A stretch of 63,579 nt of DNA, filler included, from Chiloscyllium plagiosum (GCF_004010195.1; 3 parts of one record of this genome joined end to end with filler, not necessarily neighbours in it), one strand, 5' to 3'. Positions 50,826 to 63,579 are shown, counted from the first letter of the whole stretch. Notes: generated by a model not told the origin, from the sequence alone. A program made the numbers and translations.

Positions 50826-51190
50826 CTGAGAGTAAAAATAGATTCAAAATAAATTTGAAATAAGCAACCAGCATACACCTTTGTTTCAATTCAGTTTTCT
50901 ACAGGAGAGTTTGTCTTCATCACAAAAGTTACAATCCAAACAGCCAACAAATCAACAATGTCAACTCAATGACACAATGGTTGACATGTAAACCCAGATT
51001 GAGAGATCTAACATATTTAATTTTACACAGCTACTGGAGAACATGAACCAATTGACTTCCCTGTCTTTCCCCCTGAAGTGAATTCTGATAGACCTAAATA
51101 CTCTCTGCCTTTTCCCTTTGACTGAATCCCAACAGACTAACTACCCTCCCTATAATTTGCACTCAACTGAATTTCATTAAAAATTCTTAC

Positions 51191-51271
51191 CTTGTGGAAA
51201 CCTGCGCAGTGACCGTTGCACATCCATGAGCACCTGGTTGTAATCTTTGTGGCCTTCCCTTATATCCTTGC
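51191..51271 (-). CDS. TBC1D20: TBC1D20-like exon 3 (81 nt; Arg-finger DVQRS), absent from the ORF track
   Basis: cttttaag|GKDIREGHKDYNQVLMDVQRSLRRFPQG|gtaag; phases fit exons 2 and 4. Confidence 0.93.
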
Positions 51272-52267
51272 CTTAAAAGACAAGCATACATCAGATTTCA
51301 GCACACTGCATTTTGCTTCAAATATAAAGCTGGGATTTTCTTCTTCATGCGTGCAAAACTCTTGGGGGTGGGTTGGAGAGGTGAATGGAGAGAGAGAAAG
51401 TTGCCTCATCGCAACGTGTTCAGTGACCAGCAATCGTGCTGGCCAAATAACTTCACAACATATTCCGTAACCTACTGTGTGTCTGTGCCATTGTGCAGTG
51501 CTCTCTATCCACCACAGTCACTGGTGCTGGCTCTTCACCCTCATTAGTTTTGGCATTTAATTAAGTCATTTTAATAGAGGGGAATGGGGAGGAGTACACA
51601 AAGAGAAATTTGTGATACAGGAACTATTTCTGCTAGAGCAGAAAAGACAAAGGAGGAACTTTCAAAAGGATTTTCTAAATGATAACAGGAATTGATCTTG
51701 TGATTAAGGAATTTATATAATAAGGTTGCAATGTCACTGGTGGGAGATCATCATTTTAAAATTGTTACTGTGTGTGAAGTGTAGAAGATTAAGAGGTCAG
51801 CTAAATGAAATGTTTAAGGTGATTCAACGAGAGAGAGGGGAACTACTTCTTCTGGTGGATGAGTATCAAATAATAGGGTAGAACATTTCAGCCAGACAGT
51901 TCTGGGGTGATGTAAGGAAGCACTTTTCTCCTCCCACACAACGGGGAGCAGAAATCTGCAACTCTCCCACAAGAAGCTAAAGATTAATTGATAACTTCAG
52001 AAGATAGTGACAGATTTTACTTGAGTAAGGATTATAAGGAAGTTAAATGGAGTTAAGTTACAGATTAGCCATGATTTGACTGAATGACAGAACAGTTCAA
52101 GGTGCTGAATGGCCGCCTTTTTTCCATTACCCAACTTAAACAAAAAATTCACTAAAAAACAATGCAAACACAAAGCAGGAGGTGAATAGGGAAATGGATT
52201 AAATAGCTACAGCTGAGGCTTGCCGATAAAGGAATAAATCCAGCAGTTATCCTCATTGCCACCATAC

Positions 52268-52453
52268 CTGGTTTTGGAGGTAATTTGTAAACATTTACAT
52301 TCAGCAGCTTTGGCCAGACTTTCCTGCGGATCTCGTCGGTCAGGAGCCCACCCTCACTAATGGCAGACTGCCGGAGAGTTTCCACATCCACTGGGTCAAC
52401 ATTCAGAGCCTGATGGATAGCTACCAATTTCTTCTTTTTCTTCGATTCGGGTT
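52268..52453 (-). CDS. TBC1D20: TBC1D20-like exon 2 (186 nt)
   Basis: tcaacag|EPESKKKKKLVAIHQALNVDPVDVETLRQSAISEGGLLTDEIRRKVWPKLLNVN..PPKPG|gtatgg. Confidence 0.93.
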
Positions 52454-52918
52454 CTGTTGAGGGAACAATGTGGTGAACTCTCAGCGCACGACTGGTCACG
52501 AGAATCTTAGCATCATGCCCATTGTAATCGAGGAAATGCAACTGCACATTTCTTCCAAACTTCAGCTCCGACTGGAGTAAGTTACAGTTACAGCAGGTTA
52601 ACTCAGCGAGACATCAGAGTCAGCAGGGTTGTGAATTCAATTTCAGCTGGAGTACAGAATATAGGATGACAGTTCAGTGCAATACTGAGGAAGGGATCAG
52701 CATGAGATACGTGGCATCTTTTGGATGAAATGTAAACAGAGGCCCTGTCTTCTCATGATCCTACAATGTTGTTCAAAATGCAGTGAGAGTTGGCCTTAGC
52801 TTTACAATAAGTCCTAGCTTTAGGTATTTGTTTCTTCATGAGCAAGGAGGTGAAAAATTATTGGGGGTTGGTAGAAATGTGGAATAATCAGAACAGCCAC
52901 TATTTTATCGAATAGCGG

Positions 52919-53514
52919 TGTGACGATGCTGTCAATTTAAAATGGTTATTTGGACCTTGTGTTTTTTGGAGGTGAGGTCATAAAGGCAGAGGTGCCGAAG
53001 AGTCTCGGAAAAGGCTGGTTTAACAATTGAAGGGGAGTTCTCCCAGTTCAGGCGTTTTCTAGTTTGTTTTAGCTTTTGCAGTCACAAGGTGTGTGATTCC
53101 AGGAGAGTCACAAGCTTCAGTAAAGAACTCCTCTGACTTTCTCTGAAATCTCTCTCTTTATGATGCTCCCTCCTGCCTGTAAGAATCTGGGTTTGGATTT
53201 ACCTTTTCGACAAGCAGTGTGTTTGTGGGATATTGATGTATTGGAACTGATCATTAGTAATAATTACTTTATCGGTTCAGTAACATTTTCCAATAGTTAA
53301 GTTAGTCCAAATTTTGTTTTCTTTTGTTCGCATTCCAACTGTAATGTTTAAAAATATCTGTTTTGTTTAAAGCCGAAGGATTTGATGTCACACCTGGAAT
53401 ACTCACGTCACATCTGTCTTTAAAATAAGAAAAAGTTACAGTCCAGGATACCTTCTTAAAATATTTTGTGGGGTTCTGGCCAGGTCCATAACACATTAGG
53501 GGGCTCTTGTCAGA
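52919..53514 (+). mobile_element. LTR (TG...CA, 52919-53493) followed by a degenerate tRNA-Pro-like PBS
   Basis: tgtgacg...ccataaca, then tagggggctcttgtc resembling TGGGGGCTCGTCC; no matching TSD, consistent with a 5' LTR. Confidence 0.55.
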
Positions 53515-53570
53515 GCGAAACTCTAATTTAACTTGGGGTTCAGAGTTGTTGAACTCAAAGACGATGAGTG

Positions 53571-54513
53571 GACACAGCGTGCGCTGCCAGCCCAGTCCCA
53601 GTGCACGTACGCGCACACGCTGACACAGTGCGTACACACACTGACACAGTGTGTACTGCCAGCCCAGTCCCGGTGTGAGCGCACACACACTGACACAGTG
53701 TGTACTGCCAGCCCAGTCCTGGGGTGTACACACACACGGACACTGACACAGCGTGTACTGCCAGCCCAGTCCTCGGTTGTACACACACACTGACACAGTG
53801 TGTACTGCCAGCCCAGTCTCGGTGTACACACACACACACTGACACAGTGTGTACTGCCAGCCCAGTCCTGGTGTGTACACACACACATTGACACAGCGTG
53901 TACTGCCAGCCCAGTCCCGGTGTGTATACACACACACACAGACACAGCGTGTACTGCCAGCCCAGTCCCGGTGTGTATACACACACACAGACTAAGCGTG
54001 TACTGCCAGCCCAGTCCCGGTGTGTACACACACACACTGACGCAGTGTATACTGCCAGCCCAGTCCCGGTGTGTACACACACACACTGACACAGTGTGTA
54101 CTGCCAGCCAGTCCTGGGTTGTACACACACACTGACACAGTGTGTACTGCCAGCCCAGTCTCGGTGTACACACACACACACTGACACAGCGTGTACTGCC
54201 AGCCCAGTCTCGGTGTACACACACACACTGAAACAGTTTGTACTGCCAGCCCAGTTCCAGTGTACACACACACACACAGACACAGCGTGTACTGCCAGCC
54301 CAGTCCCGGTGTGTACACACACACACAGACACAGCGTGTACTGCCAGCCCAGTCCCGGTGTGTACACACACACACTGACGCAGTGTGTACTGCCAGCCCA
54401 GTCCTGGGGTGTACACACACACACTGACACAGACACAGTGTGTACTGCCAGCCCAGTCCCGGTCTGTACACACACACTGACACAGAGTGTACTGCCAGCC
54501 CAGTCCCAGTGTG

Positions 54514-54550
<37 letters not shown>

Positions 54551-56048
54551 ACACCGTGTGTACTGCCAGCCAGTCCCGGGGTGTACACACACATACAGAC
54601 ACAGTGTGTACTGCCAGCCCAGTCCCGGTGTACACACACACACACTGACACAGCGTGTACTGCCAGCCCAGTCCTGGTGTTTACACACACACTGACACAG
54701 TGTGTACTGCCAGCCCAGTCCCGGTGTGTACACACACACTGACACAGCGTGTACTGCCAGCCCAGTCCCGGTGTGTACACACACACGCACTGACACCGTG
54801 TGTACTGCCAGCCAGTCCCGGGGTGTACACACACATACAGACACACACACACACAGACACAGCGTGTACTGCCAGCACAGTTCCAGTGTACACACACACA
54901 CTGACACAGCGTGTACTGCCAGCCCAGTCTCGGTGTACACACACACTGACACAGCGTGTACTGCCAGCCCAGTCTCGGTGTACACACACACACTGACACA
55001 GCGTGTACTGCCAGCCCAGTCCCAGTGTACACACACACAGTGACACAGTTTGTACTGCCAGCCCAGTCCCGGTGTGTACACACACACACACAGACACTGT
55101 GTACTGCCAGCCCAGTCCCGGTGTGTACACACACACAGACACAGCGTGTACTGCCAGCCCAGTCCCGGTGTGTACACACACACACACAGCGTGTACTGCC
55201 AGCCCAGTCCCGGTGTGTATACACACACACAGCGTGTACTGCCAGCCCAGTCCTGGGGGGTACACACACACACTGAAACAGATTGTACTGCCAGCCCAGT
55301 TCCAGTGTACACACACACACACACAGACACAGCGTGTACTGCCAGCCCAGTCCCGGTGTGTACACACACACACACAGACACAGCGTGTACTGCCAGCCCA
55401 GTCCCGGTGTGTACACACACACACTGACGCAGTGTGTACTGCCAGCCCAGTCCCAGTGTGTACACACACACACACACTGACGCAGTGTGTACTGCCAGCC
55501 CAGTCCTGGGGTGTACACACACACACACACACACAGACACAGCGTGTACTGCCAGCCCAGTCCCGGTGTGTATACACACACACACAGACAGAGCGTGTAC
55601 TGCCAGCCCAGTCCCGGTGTGTACACACACACACACTGACACAGCATGTACTGCCAGCCCAGTCCTGGGTTGTACACACACACTGACACAGTGTGTACTG
55701 CCAGCCCAGTCTCGGTGTACACACACACACTGACACAGCGTGTACTGCCAGCCCAGTCTCGGTGTACACACACACACTGAAACAGTTTGTACTGCCAGCC
55801 CAGTTCCAGTGTACACACACACACACTGACACAGTGTATACTGCCAGCCCAGTCCCGGTGTGTATACACACACACAGACAGAGCGTGTACTGCCAGCCCA
55901 GTCCCGGTGTGTACACACACACACTGACACAGCATGTACTGCCAGCCCAGTCCTGGTGTACACACACACACTGAAACAGTTTGTACTGCCAGCCCAGTTC
56001 CAGTGTACACACACACACACTGACACAGTGTGTACTGCCAGCCCAGTC
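53571..56048. repeat. Minisatellite, ~45-55-bp unit GTGTACTGCCAGCCCAGTC(N)GTGTAC(AC)nTGACACA, roughly 50 copies
   Basis: Directly visible tandem array; ends at an assembly gap. Confidence 0.97.
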
Positions 56049-56148
56049 NNNNNNNNNNNNNNNNNNNNNNNNNNNNNNNNNNNNNNNNNNNNTTAATTAA
56101 TTAANNNNNNNNNNNNNNNNNNNNNNNNNNNNNNNNNNNNNNNNNNNN
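56049..56148. other. Assembly gap with artificial linker (44N-TTAATTAATTAA-44N)
   Basis: Same 100-bp structure as 28320-28419. Confidence 0.97.
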
Positions 56149-56690
56149 CTTTTTGTTACTTCTTCAAAAACCTCAATCAAGTTTGTGAGACCTGATTTCC
56201 CACGCACAAAGCCATGTTGACTATCCCGAATCAGTCCTTGCCTTTCCAAATACATATACATCCTGTCCCTCAGGATTCCCTCCAACAACTTGCCCACCAC
56301 CAAGGTCAGGTTCACTGAGCTATAGTTCCCTGGCTTGTCCTTACCACCCTTCTTAAATAGTGGTACTGCGTTAGCCAACCTCCAGTCTTCTGGCACCTCA
56401 CATGTGACTATCGATGATACAAATATCTCATGTTAAATGTTAAATTCAAATATCAGCCTCCACCACTTCGTCTGGCAGGTCATTCCATACACACACTACC
56501 CTCTCCGTGATAAGGATACCCCTCAGGTCTCTTTTAAATCTTTCCACTCTCACCTTAAACCTTTACCCTCTTGCTGTGGACTGCCCACCCCACATAAAAG
56601 ACCATGGCTATTTACACTCTCCATGCCTGTCATGATTTTATAAACCTTTATAAGGTGACCCCTCAGTCTCCGACACACCAGGGAAAACAG
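56149..56690 (-). mobile_element. CR1 fragments
   Basis: PEDWRLAN.VPLFKKG.KDKPGNY..QHGFVRGKS.LTNLIE; a 3'-end piece follows. Confidence 0.88.
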
Positions 56691-56744
56691 TTTTAGATTT
56701 CTGAAGTCTTTCCACATTTAGAAAATAGTCTACATCTCTATTCT

Positions 56745-57016
56745 AGGAGAAAGTGAGGTATGCAGATGCTGGAGATCAGAGACGAGAGTTTGGTGCTGAA
56801 AAATAGGGACATAGTGAGAGTGTGGTGCTGGAAAAGCACAGCAGGTCAGGCAGCATCTGAGGAGCAAGAAAATCAATGTTTCAAGCAAGAGCCCTTCATC
56901 AGTCCTTATTCCTGATGAAGGGCTCTTGTCTGAAATGTTGACTGTCCTGCTCCTCAGATGCTGCCTGACCTGCTGTGCTTTTCCAGCACCACACTCTCAC
57001 TATGTCTCTATTTTTC
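56745..57016. mobile_element. PLE-derived palindromic insert (two hammerhead-like cores on opposite strands)
   Basis: About 105-bp arms (56798-56902, 56912-57016) around a 9-nt spacer. Confidence 0.85.
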
Positions 57017-57136
57017 CTATGAAAATGTGTACCCTTATCTGTTCCATCTGACACTTCTCTGCCCACTTTCCAAGGCTCTCCAAGTCCTTCTGAAGATGAC
57101 TGTTGTAAGCAGGTTTCTTTAGGATCATGTTTTACT

Positions 57137-57370
57137 CTCATCACCACTAAAATAACACCACAGAGGCCAGTATCCCATCACCAAGTCACCCTTTATTTAC
57201 ACGAGAAGTCCTTGCCTTTGGCACAGCCTCATCAGAGACAGGACATAGAGGATCTGGATCTCTAATACTCCTCTGTTTCTCTGTTAGCCGGGGCTCCCTG
57301 ATTGGACCTGATTAACAAACCCAATCAGGGAACCACATTCTATGAGGTCCACCTTGTTACAATAGCTACA
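57137..57370 (-). mobile_element. Gypsy 5' LTR with PBS
   Basis: Minus TGTAG..AATAAA..ttta followed by TGGTGATGAG (a CpG-decayed TGGCGACGAG); homologous to the LTR piece at 23272-23950. Confidence 0.6.
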
Positions 57371-57412
57371 GTTTCCTCATTCTTCACTTCGTAGCAAGTC
57401 AATACTAATTCA

Positions 57413-57585
57413 ATTAGATTAGATTAGATTCCCTACAGTGTGGAAACAGGCCCTTTGGCCCAACAAGTCCACACCGACCCTCTGAAGAGCAACCCACCCA
57501 GACCCGTTCCCCTACGTTTACCCTTTCACCTAACACTACGAGCAATTTAGCATGGCCAATTCACCCAATCTGCGATGTTTGGACT
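57413..57585 (-). mobile_element. HE1-type SINE 3' part
   Basis: (agatt)n tail, ggaaacaggccc, caatttagcatggccaat. Confidence 0.8.
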
Positions 57586-58079
57586 GCCATTTTCTTCACC
57601 TGTCGCGGATTTCACCTGCAAGTCTCATGCTTCCATTCTCCATCACAGCAAACAGGAACTCTGGCAGGGTGCTTGCATGTTCTAGCCATCAGATACTGGC
57701 TCAGTAATTGAGAAAGAGAGAGAAAGCACACGCAACAGAGAGAGAGAGGGAGAGAGTGAGAAAGAGGAAGAAAGTTACTGTGAGGCAGAAAGAGGGGGCT
57801 AAGTGAAAACAGAACACTGAGACTCATGCCTCCCAAATCCTCTGACTCACCTGTAGTGTGATGTCTGTTTTACTCATGTTTTTAGAAACACACTTGTCAT
57901 GTTCATTAATGCGTTTGTTAAGCTCACAGTAGGCTTTGTGCAGCTGCAAAGAAAATGGTTGCAGTTAATTTCTTAGTTGTATTCCCAGAGTTGGTTTCAT
58001 ACACGACTCAGGATATTCACAAACTAAATACTGCAGTGAGCTTCGGCAAAGGTTCTGGAAGTTTTAAACATTATTGGAT

Positions 58080-61000
58080 TCTGAAGAAATATCAGAGAGT
58101 TGGAAAACTGCTGTCACACCCCTATTCAAAAAGGGAGACAATTAAAAAAGTGAGCAACTATAGGCTGATTAACCTCACATCTATTGTTGGAAAAGTTTTG
58201 GATTCAATTATTAAAGAAGTAACAGCAGAACATTGGAAAATCATGATCTAATCAAACAGAGTCAGCTTGACTTCATGAAAAACACACCTGACTGATTTAT
58301 TAGAGATTTATTCGAGGAAGTCGCAACCAGAGTGGACAGAGAGAAACCAGTCAATATATTGTATTTAGAATTCCAGAACACATTTGACCAGATACCTCAC
58401 AAAATGTAATTAGGTCAGAGGTAATATATAGGTGCGGATACAGAATTGGTTCATTGGCAGGTAACAGCAAGTGAGGAGAAGGGGTTTTACAGGTTGATGA
58501 CCTGTATCGAGTGGCCTCCCACAGGGATCTGTACGGGCACCACAATTACTGAGTCGTTAGCGTTATTCCTCTGTTCAAGAAGGGGAATATAGCTAATTCA
58601 GGGAGTTTTGACGCAGAGTCTCACATCGGTGGTTGGAAAACTATTGGAAAGAATTCTTAGGGGTAGGATTTACGCACATTTGGAAAATCATGATCTAATC
58701 AAACAGAGTCAGCTTGGCTTCATGAAAGGGAAATCAAGTCGGACTGATTTATCAGAGCTTTTCGCGAAGTCTCAACCAGGGCAGAAATAGAATGCAAAGC
58801 GTCCGTCAGGAAGGACACACAGGTGACAGAGCAAAAGGGATGCTTTAAAGTGAGTTGTTTCAATGCAGAGTGTCAGGAATATGAGTGATGAACTGAGCAC
58901 GGATCAGTACTTGGGGATACGATGTTGTGGCCATAATGGAGACATAGATTTCACAGGGGCAGGAATAGTTGCTGGATGTTCCAAGGTTTAGATCTTTTAA
59001 AAAGAACAGGGAAGGGACTAAAACAGGAGGGGGAGTAGCATTGTTAATTAGAGAGTGCATCACAGCTACAGAAAACAAGGTTGTTGATCACGTTTGTCTA
59101 CTGAGTCAGTATGGGTGGAAGTCAGAAACAGGAAAGGAGCAGTCACTTTATTGGGTGTTTTCTATATTTCCCACCCCCCCACCTCCCAAAGCAGCAGCAG
59201 ACGTACCAGAGTCGTTGTTATGGATGACTTCAACTTCCCTAATATTGAGTGCAGATGATCTGGATGGAGCTGATTTTGTCAGGGGTGTCCAGGGAGGGAT
59301 TTTCTGACCCAATCTGTAGGAAGGCCCGTAAGGGGAGCGGCCATATTGGATTTGGTGCCGGGCAACAAGCCAGGCCAGGTGTCAGATCTCTCGGTGGGAC
59401 AGCATTTCAGTGACAGTGACCACAACTGCCTCACCTTTACCATTGCCACAGAGAGGGATAGGAGCAGACAGTATGGGAAGGTATTTAATTGGGGGAGGGG
59501 AAATTATACTGCTATTAGATTGGAGCTGTGGAGTATAAATTGGGAACAATTATTCTATGGGCAATGCACAACAGAAATGTGGAGGCTGTTTAAGGAGCAC
59601 TTGTTGGGAGTGATGGATAACTTTGTCCCAATGAGACAGGCAAGGAATGGTAAGGTAACAGAGCCTTGGATGACAAGAGAAGAGGAGCTTCATGTCAAGA
59701 GGGAGAAGGAAGCTCACTTAGAGTTGATGAAGCAAGGATCTGGCATAGCTTTAGAGGATTACAGGGTAGCTAGAAAAGAACTCAAAAATGGACTGAGGAG
59801 AGCTAGGAGGGGACATGAAAAGGCCTTGATGGGAAGGATTAGAGAAAATCTAAAGGTGTTCTACACATACGTGAGGAATAAGAGAATAATCAGAGAGAGG
59901 GTAGGGCCGATCAGGGATAGTAGAGGGAACTTGTGCCTGGAGCAGATATATCCAAGGGTACTACTGGAAGCAAGGAATGAGATTGCTGCACCTCTGGTGA
60001 TGATCTTTGCATCCTCACTCTCCACAGGATGATTGGAGGGAGGCGAATGTTGTTCCTCTGTTCAAGAAAGGGAACAAGGAAATCCCTGGGAATTACAGAC
60101 CAGTCAGTCTGACGTCTGTGATAAGCAAGTATTGGAAAGGATTCTGAGACGTAGGATTTATGGCTATTTGGAAAAACATCGTTTGATGAAAGGTAGTCAG
60201 TATTGCTTTGTGAGGGGCAGGTCATACCTCACAAGCCTTATCAGGTTCTTTGAGGATGTGACGAGACAAGTTGATGAAGGTCAAGCAGTGGATGAGGTGT
60301 GTATGGATTTCAGTGAGGCATTTGATAAGGTTCTCCACATTAGGCTCATTCAGAAACTTAGGGAGTATGGGATACAGGGAAATGTAGCTGTCTGCATACA
60401 GAATTGGCTGGCTGAAAGAAGACAGCGAGTGGTAATGGATGGAACTTATTTCACCTGGAGGTCAGTGACCAGTGGTGTCCCACAGGGATCTGTTCTTGGG
60501 CCTCTGCTGTTTGTAGTTTTTATAAATGACTTGGATGAAGAAATGGAAGGGTGGGTTAGTGACACAGAGGTCAGTGGTTTTGTAGGGTTGTGAAGAAGAC
60601 ATGTGGTGTTTTGGCTTTCATTTGCAGGGGATTGAATTTAACAGCCGCAAGGTTTTGCTGCAGCTCCATAGAGCCCTGGTCAGACCTCACTTGGAATATT
60701 GTGTCCAGTTCTGGTCACCTCATTAGAGGAAGGATGTAGATGCTTCAGAGTGTGGGCAGAGGAGACTTACCAGGATGCTGCTTGGACTGGAGGGCTTGTC
60801 TTATGAAGAGAGGTTGAGTCAGCTTGGGCTTTTCACAGCGGAGAGAAGGAGGAAGAGAGGTGACCTGATAGAGGTGTACAAGGTAATGAGAGGCAGAGAT
60901 CGAGTAGTTTGCCAGAGACTTTTCCCAGGGCAGAAATGCCTGTCACGAAGGTCATAATTTTAAGGTGATTGGAGGAAGGTTTAGGGGAGATGTCAGAGGT

Positions 61001-63579
61001 AGGTTCTTTACACAGAGAGTGGTGGGTGTGTGGAATGCACTGCCAGTGGTGGTGGTAGAGTCAGAGACATTAGGAACATTTCAGCAACTGCTGGACAAGC
61101 ACATGGACGGCAGTAAATTGAGAGGTGTGTCGGTTAGGTTGATCTTAGATTAAGATAAACACTTGGCACAACATAGTGGGCCGAAGGGCCTGTACCATGC
61201 TGTACTGTTCTATGTAAGTATAGTCTAATGAGCGACAGGCTGCATGGCTTTGTGCAGGGCAGGTAATGTCTTACTGACTTGATTTAATTTTTCGAGGAGG
61301 TGACAAAGATGATCAATGAGGGTGGATGTTGTCTGCATAGATTTTAGTAAGGCTTTTAACAAGTCCCTCATCCAGAAGATTAAGATGCACAGGATCCATG
61401 GTGACTTAGTGGTGTGGATTCAGAATTGATTTGCCCATAGAAGGCGAAAGGTAGGGGTGGAAGGGTGTTTTTCAGGCTGGGGGTCCGTGACTAATGATGT
61501 TCTGCAAGGATCCGTACTGGGACCTCTGCTGTTTGTGATATATATATATATATACATATGTGTATAAATAAATGACTTGGATAAAAATGTAGATAGTGTA
61601 GAAAGTTGTTAAAGGATACAGCAGGATATAGATTAGTCACAGATATGGGCAGAAGAATGGCAGATGGAGTTTAATCCTGGTAAGTGTGAGCTGCTGCACT
61701 TTGGGAGATCAAATGTTAAGGAAAAATATACAGTTAATGGCTGGACCCTGAACAGCAATGATGTACAGAGGGATCTTGGGGGTCAAGTCCATAGCTCCCT
61801 GAGAGTGGCCACACAAGTCAATAGGGTGGTCAAGGAGGCAGGCGTATGGCATACTTGTCTTTATTGGTCAGGGCACTGAGCACAAGAATCAGGATATCAT
61901 GTTACAGCTTTCTAAGACTTTGGTTAGGCCGTGTTTAGGGTACTGCATTCAATTCTGGTTGCCCAATTGCAGGATGGATGTGGAGGCTTTGGAGAGGGTA
62001 CAGAAGAGGTTTTCCAGGGTGCTGCTTGGATTAGAGGGTGTGAGCTAGAAGGAGGGACTAGAAACATCTGGGTTGTTTTCTCTGCAGCGGCAGAGGCTGA
62101 GGGGAGACTTGATAGAAGTCGATAAAATAATGAGATGCAGAGATAGGGTTGAAGGTCAGAATCTTTTTTCCCAGGATCTAAAACTAGGGCGCATGCATTT
62201 CAGGTGAGAAGGGGCAAGTTCAAAGGAGATGTGAGAGGCAGGTGTTTTACACAGGGAGTGATAGGAGGCTGCAAGGTGCTGTTGGGAGGGTGGTGGACAC
62301 ATACAATAGGGGCATTTAAGGCACTTTTGGATAAGCACATGCATATGCAAGGAATGGAGGGATATGGACTGAGGGCAGGCAGAAGGGATTAGTTTAACCT
62401 GGCATCATATTCAGCACAACATTGTGGATCAAAGGGACCACATATTGTTCCATGTTCTAACTGTTTACAATATATATTCATGACTTGGAGGAAGGAAGAG
62501 CGTATACTGGAAAGGCAGGTTGTGAGACGGAGACAACTAGTTTGCAGAGAGACATTCATAGGTTAAGTAAGTGGGAAAAATGTTGGCAAATGCAGTAAAA
62601 AGTGCAAGAATTTGAATGTGTTCATTTTGTAAGGGTGAACAAAAGAACATGATCCAATTGATTAGTGTAGCAGGCTGGAGGTCCAAACCGTCTACTCCGA
62701 GTCCTATTTCTTATGGTGTTTTTTAATCAATCCAGTCTCCCGGTTAGAATTTTACAGATTTCTACAAGAACCCCATCACTCATCAGTCTAACTGATCCAG
62801 TCTCTCCTCCTGTGTCAGATCCTGCCATCCCAGGAATCAGTCTGGTGACCCTCCACTGGCCTCCCTCCATCACGGACATCCTTCCTCAGATACGGGGACC
62901 AGACCTATACACAATACTCCAGGTGTGGTCTCCCCCAGACCGTGTATAGTTGCAGCAAGACATCCCTGCTCCTGAACTCGAATCCTCTCGCTATGAAGGC
63001 AAACATCCCATTTACCTTCTTCACTGCCTGCTGCACCTACACACTGGTACACATGGACACCTAGGTCTCATTGCACATTTCCCTCTCAATTTATAGCCAT
63101 TCAGATAATAATCTGTCTGCCTGTTTTTGTTCCTGGACTGGATAACCTCATATTTATCCACATTAAGGGCATTTAAATGGTCATTGGATAGACAAATGGA
63201 TGAAAATGGAATCGCGTTGGATAGATAGACTTCAGATTGGTTCCACAGATCGGCACAACATTGAGGGGCCTGTAACTGCGCTGCAATGATCTATGTTTTA
63301 TTTTCTAAATGCACAAGGCACAAGTTAGACCACACCTAGGATACTGTGAAAAGCTTTTGGGTCCTTCTCAAAGAGTAATAGAATAGAGATGTACAGCATG
63401 GAAACAGACCCTTCGGTCCAACCCGTCCATGCCGACCAGATATCCCAACCCGATCTAGTCCCACTTGCCAGCACCCGGCCCATATCCCTCCAAACTCTTC
63501 CTATTCATATGCCCATCCAAATGCCTTTTAAATGTTGCAATTGTACCAGCCTCCACCACTTCCTCTGGCAGCTCATTCC
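58080..63579. mobile_element. Dense cluster of CR1 fragments (mostly plus; a long EN+RT copy at about 58850-61215; minus pieces after 62700)
   Basis: [53 protein letters not shown]. Confidence 0.9.

Noticed and set aside
53571..56048. CRISPR-like repeat/spacer appearance
   Set aside because: The intervening sequences are (CA)n variants rather than unique spacers; vertebrate context with no cas genes.
53302..56096. Long Cys/Val- and His/Thr-rich ORFs (up to 823 aa)
   Set aside because: Produced by a stop-poor minisatellite open in several frames; no domain, splice or codon evidence.
57612..57860. Possible TBC1D20-like exon 1 (MARTCKHPARV.. or MENGSMRLA) and a strong donor near 57850
   Set aside because: The longer ORF ends in the wrong phase, the shorter has no homology, and the region may be a decayed CR1 ORF1 start; exon 1 more likely lies outside the window or in a gap.

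Overview
Repeat-rich vertebrate DNA, almost certainly shark/elasmobranch (HE1-type V-SINEs, SacSINE1/Deu-like SINEs, dense CR1, Zenon-like, Rex1, Penelope and Gypsy relics). There are two minus-strand host genes. One is the first coding exon and likely core promoter of SLC39A4/ZIP4 (4179-4397). The other is coding exons 2-7 of a TBC1D20-family RabGAP (40210-52453), probably the second, non-mammalian paralog; its exons 1 and 8 were not found. The most notable signal is about a dozen dispersed Penelope-derived segments carrying minimal type-I hammerhead ribozyme motifs. These fall into at least four sequence families whose stems I and II covary, often sit in inverted arrangements, and are flanked by 10-15 bp target duplications. 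Also noted: a duplicated TBC1D20 exon-4 copy that could splice in frame, a GC-AG intron, a 2.5-kb hairpin-unit minisatellite, deeply nested TE stacks and four assembly gaps, two containing an artificial TTAATTAATTAA linker. TE boundaries are approximate and family names come from motif recognition, not database searches.
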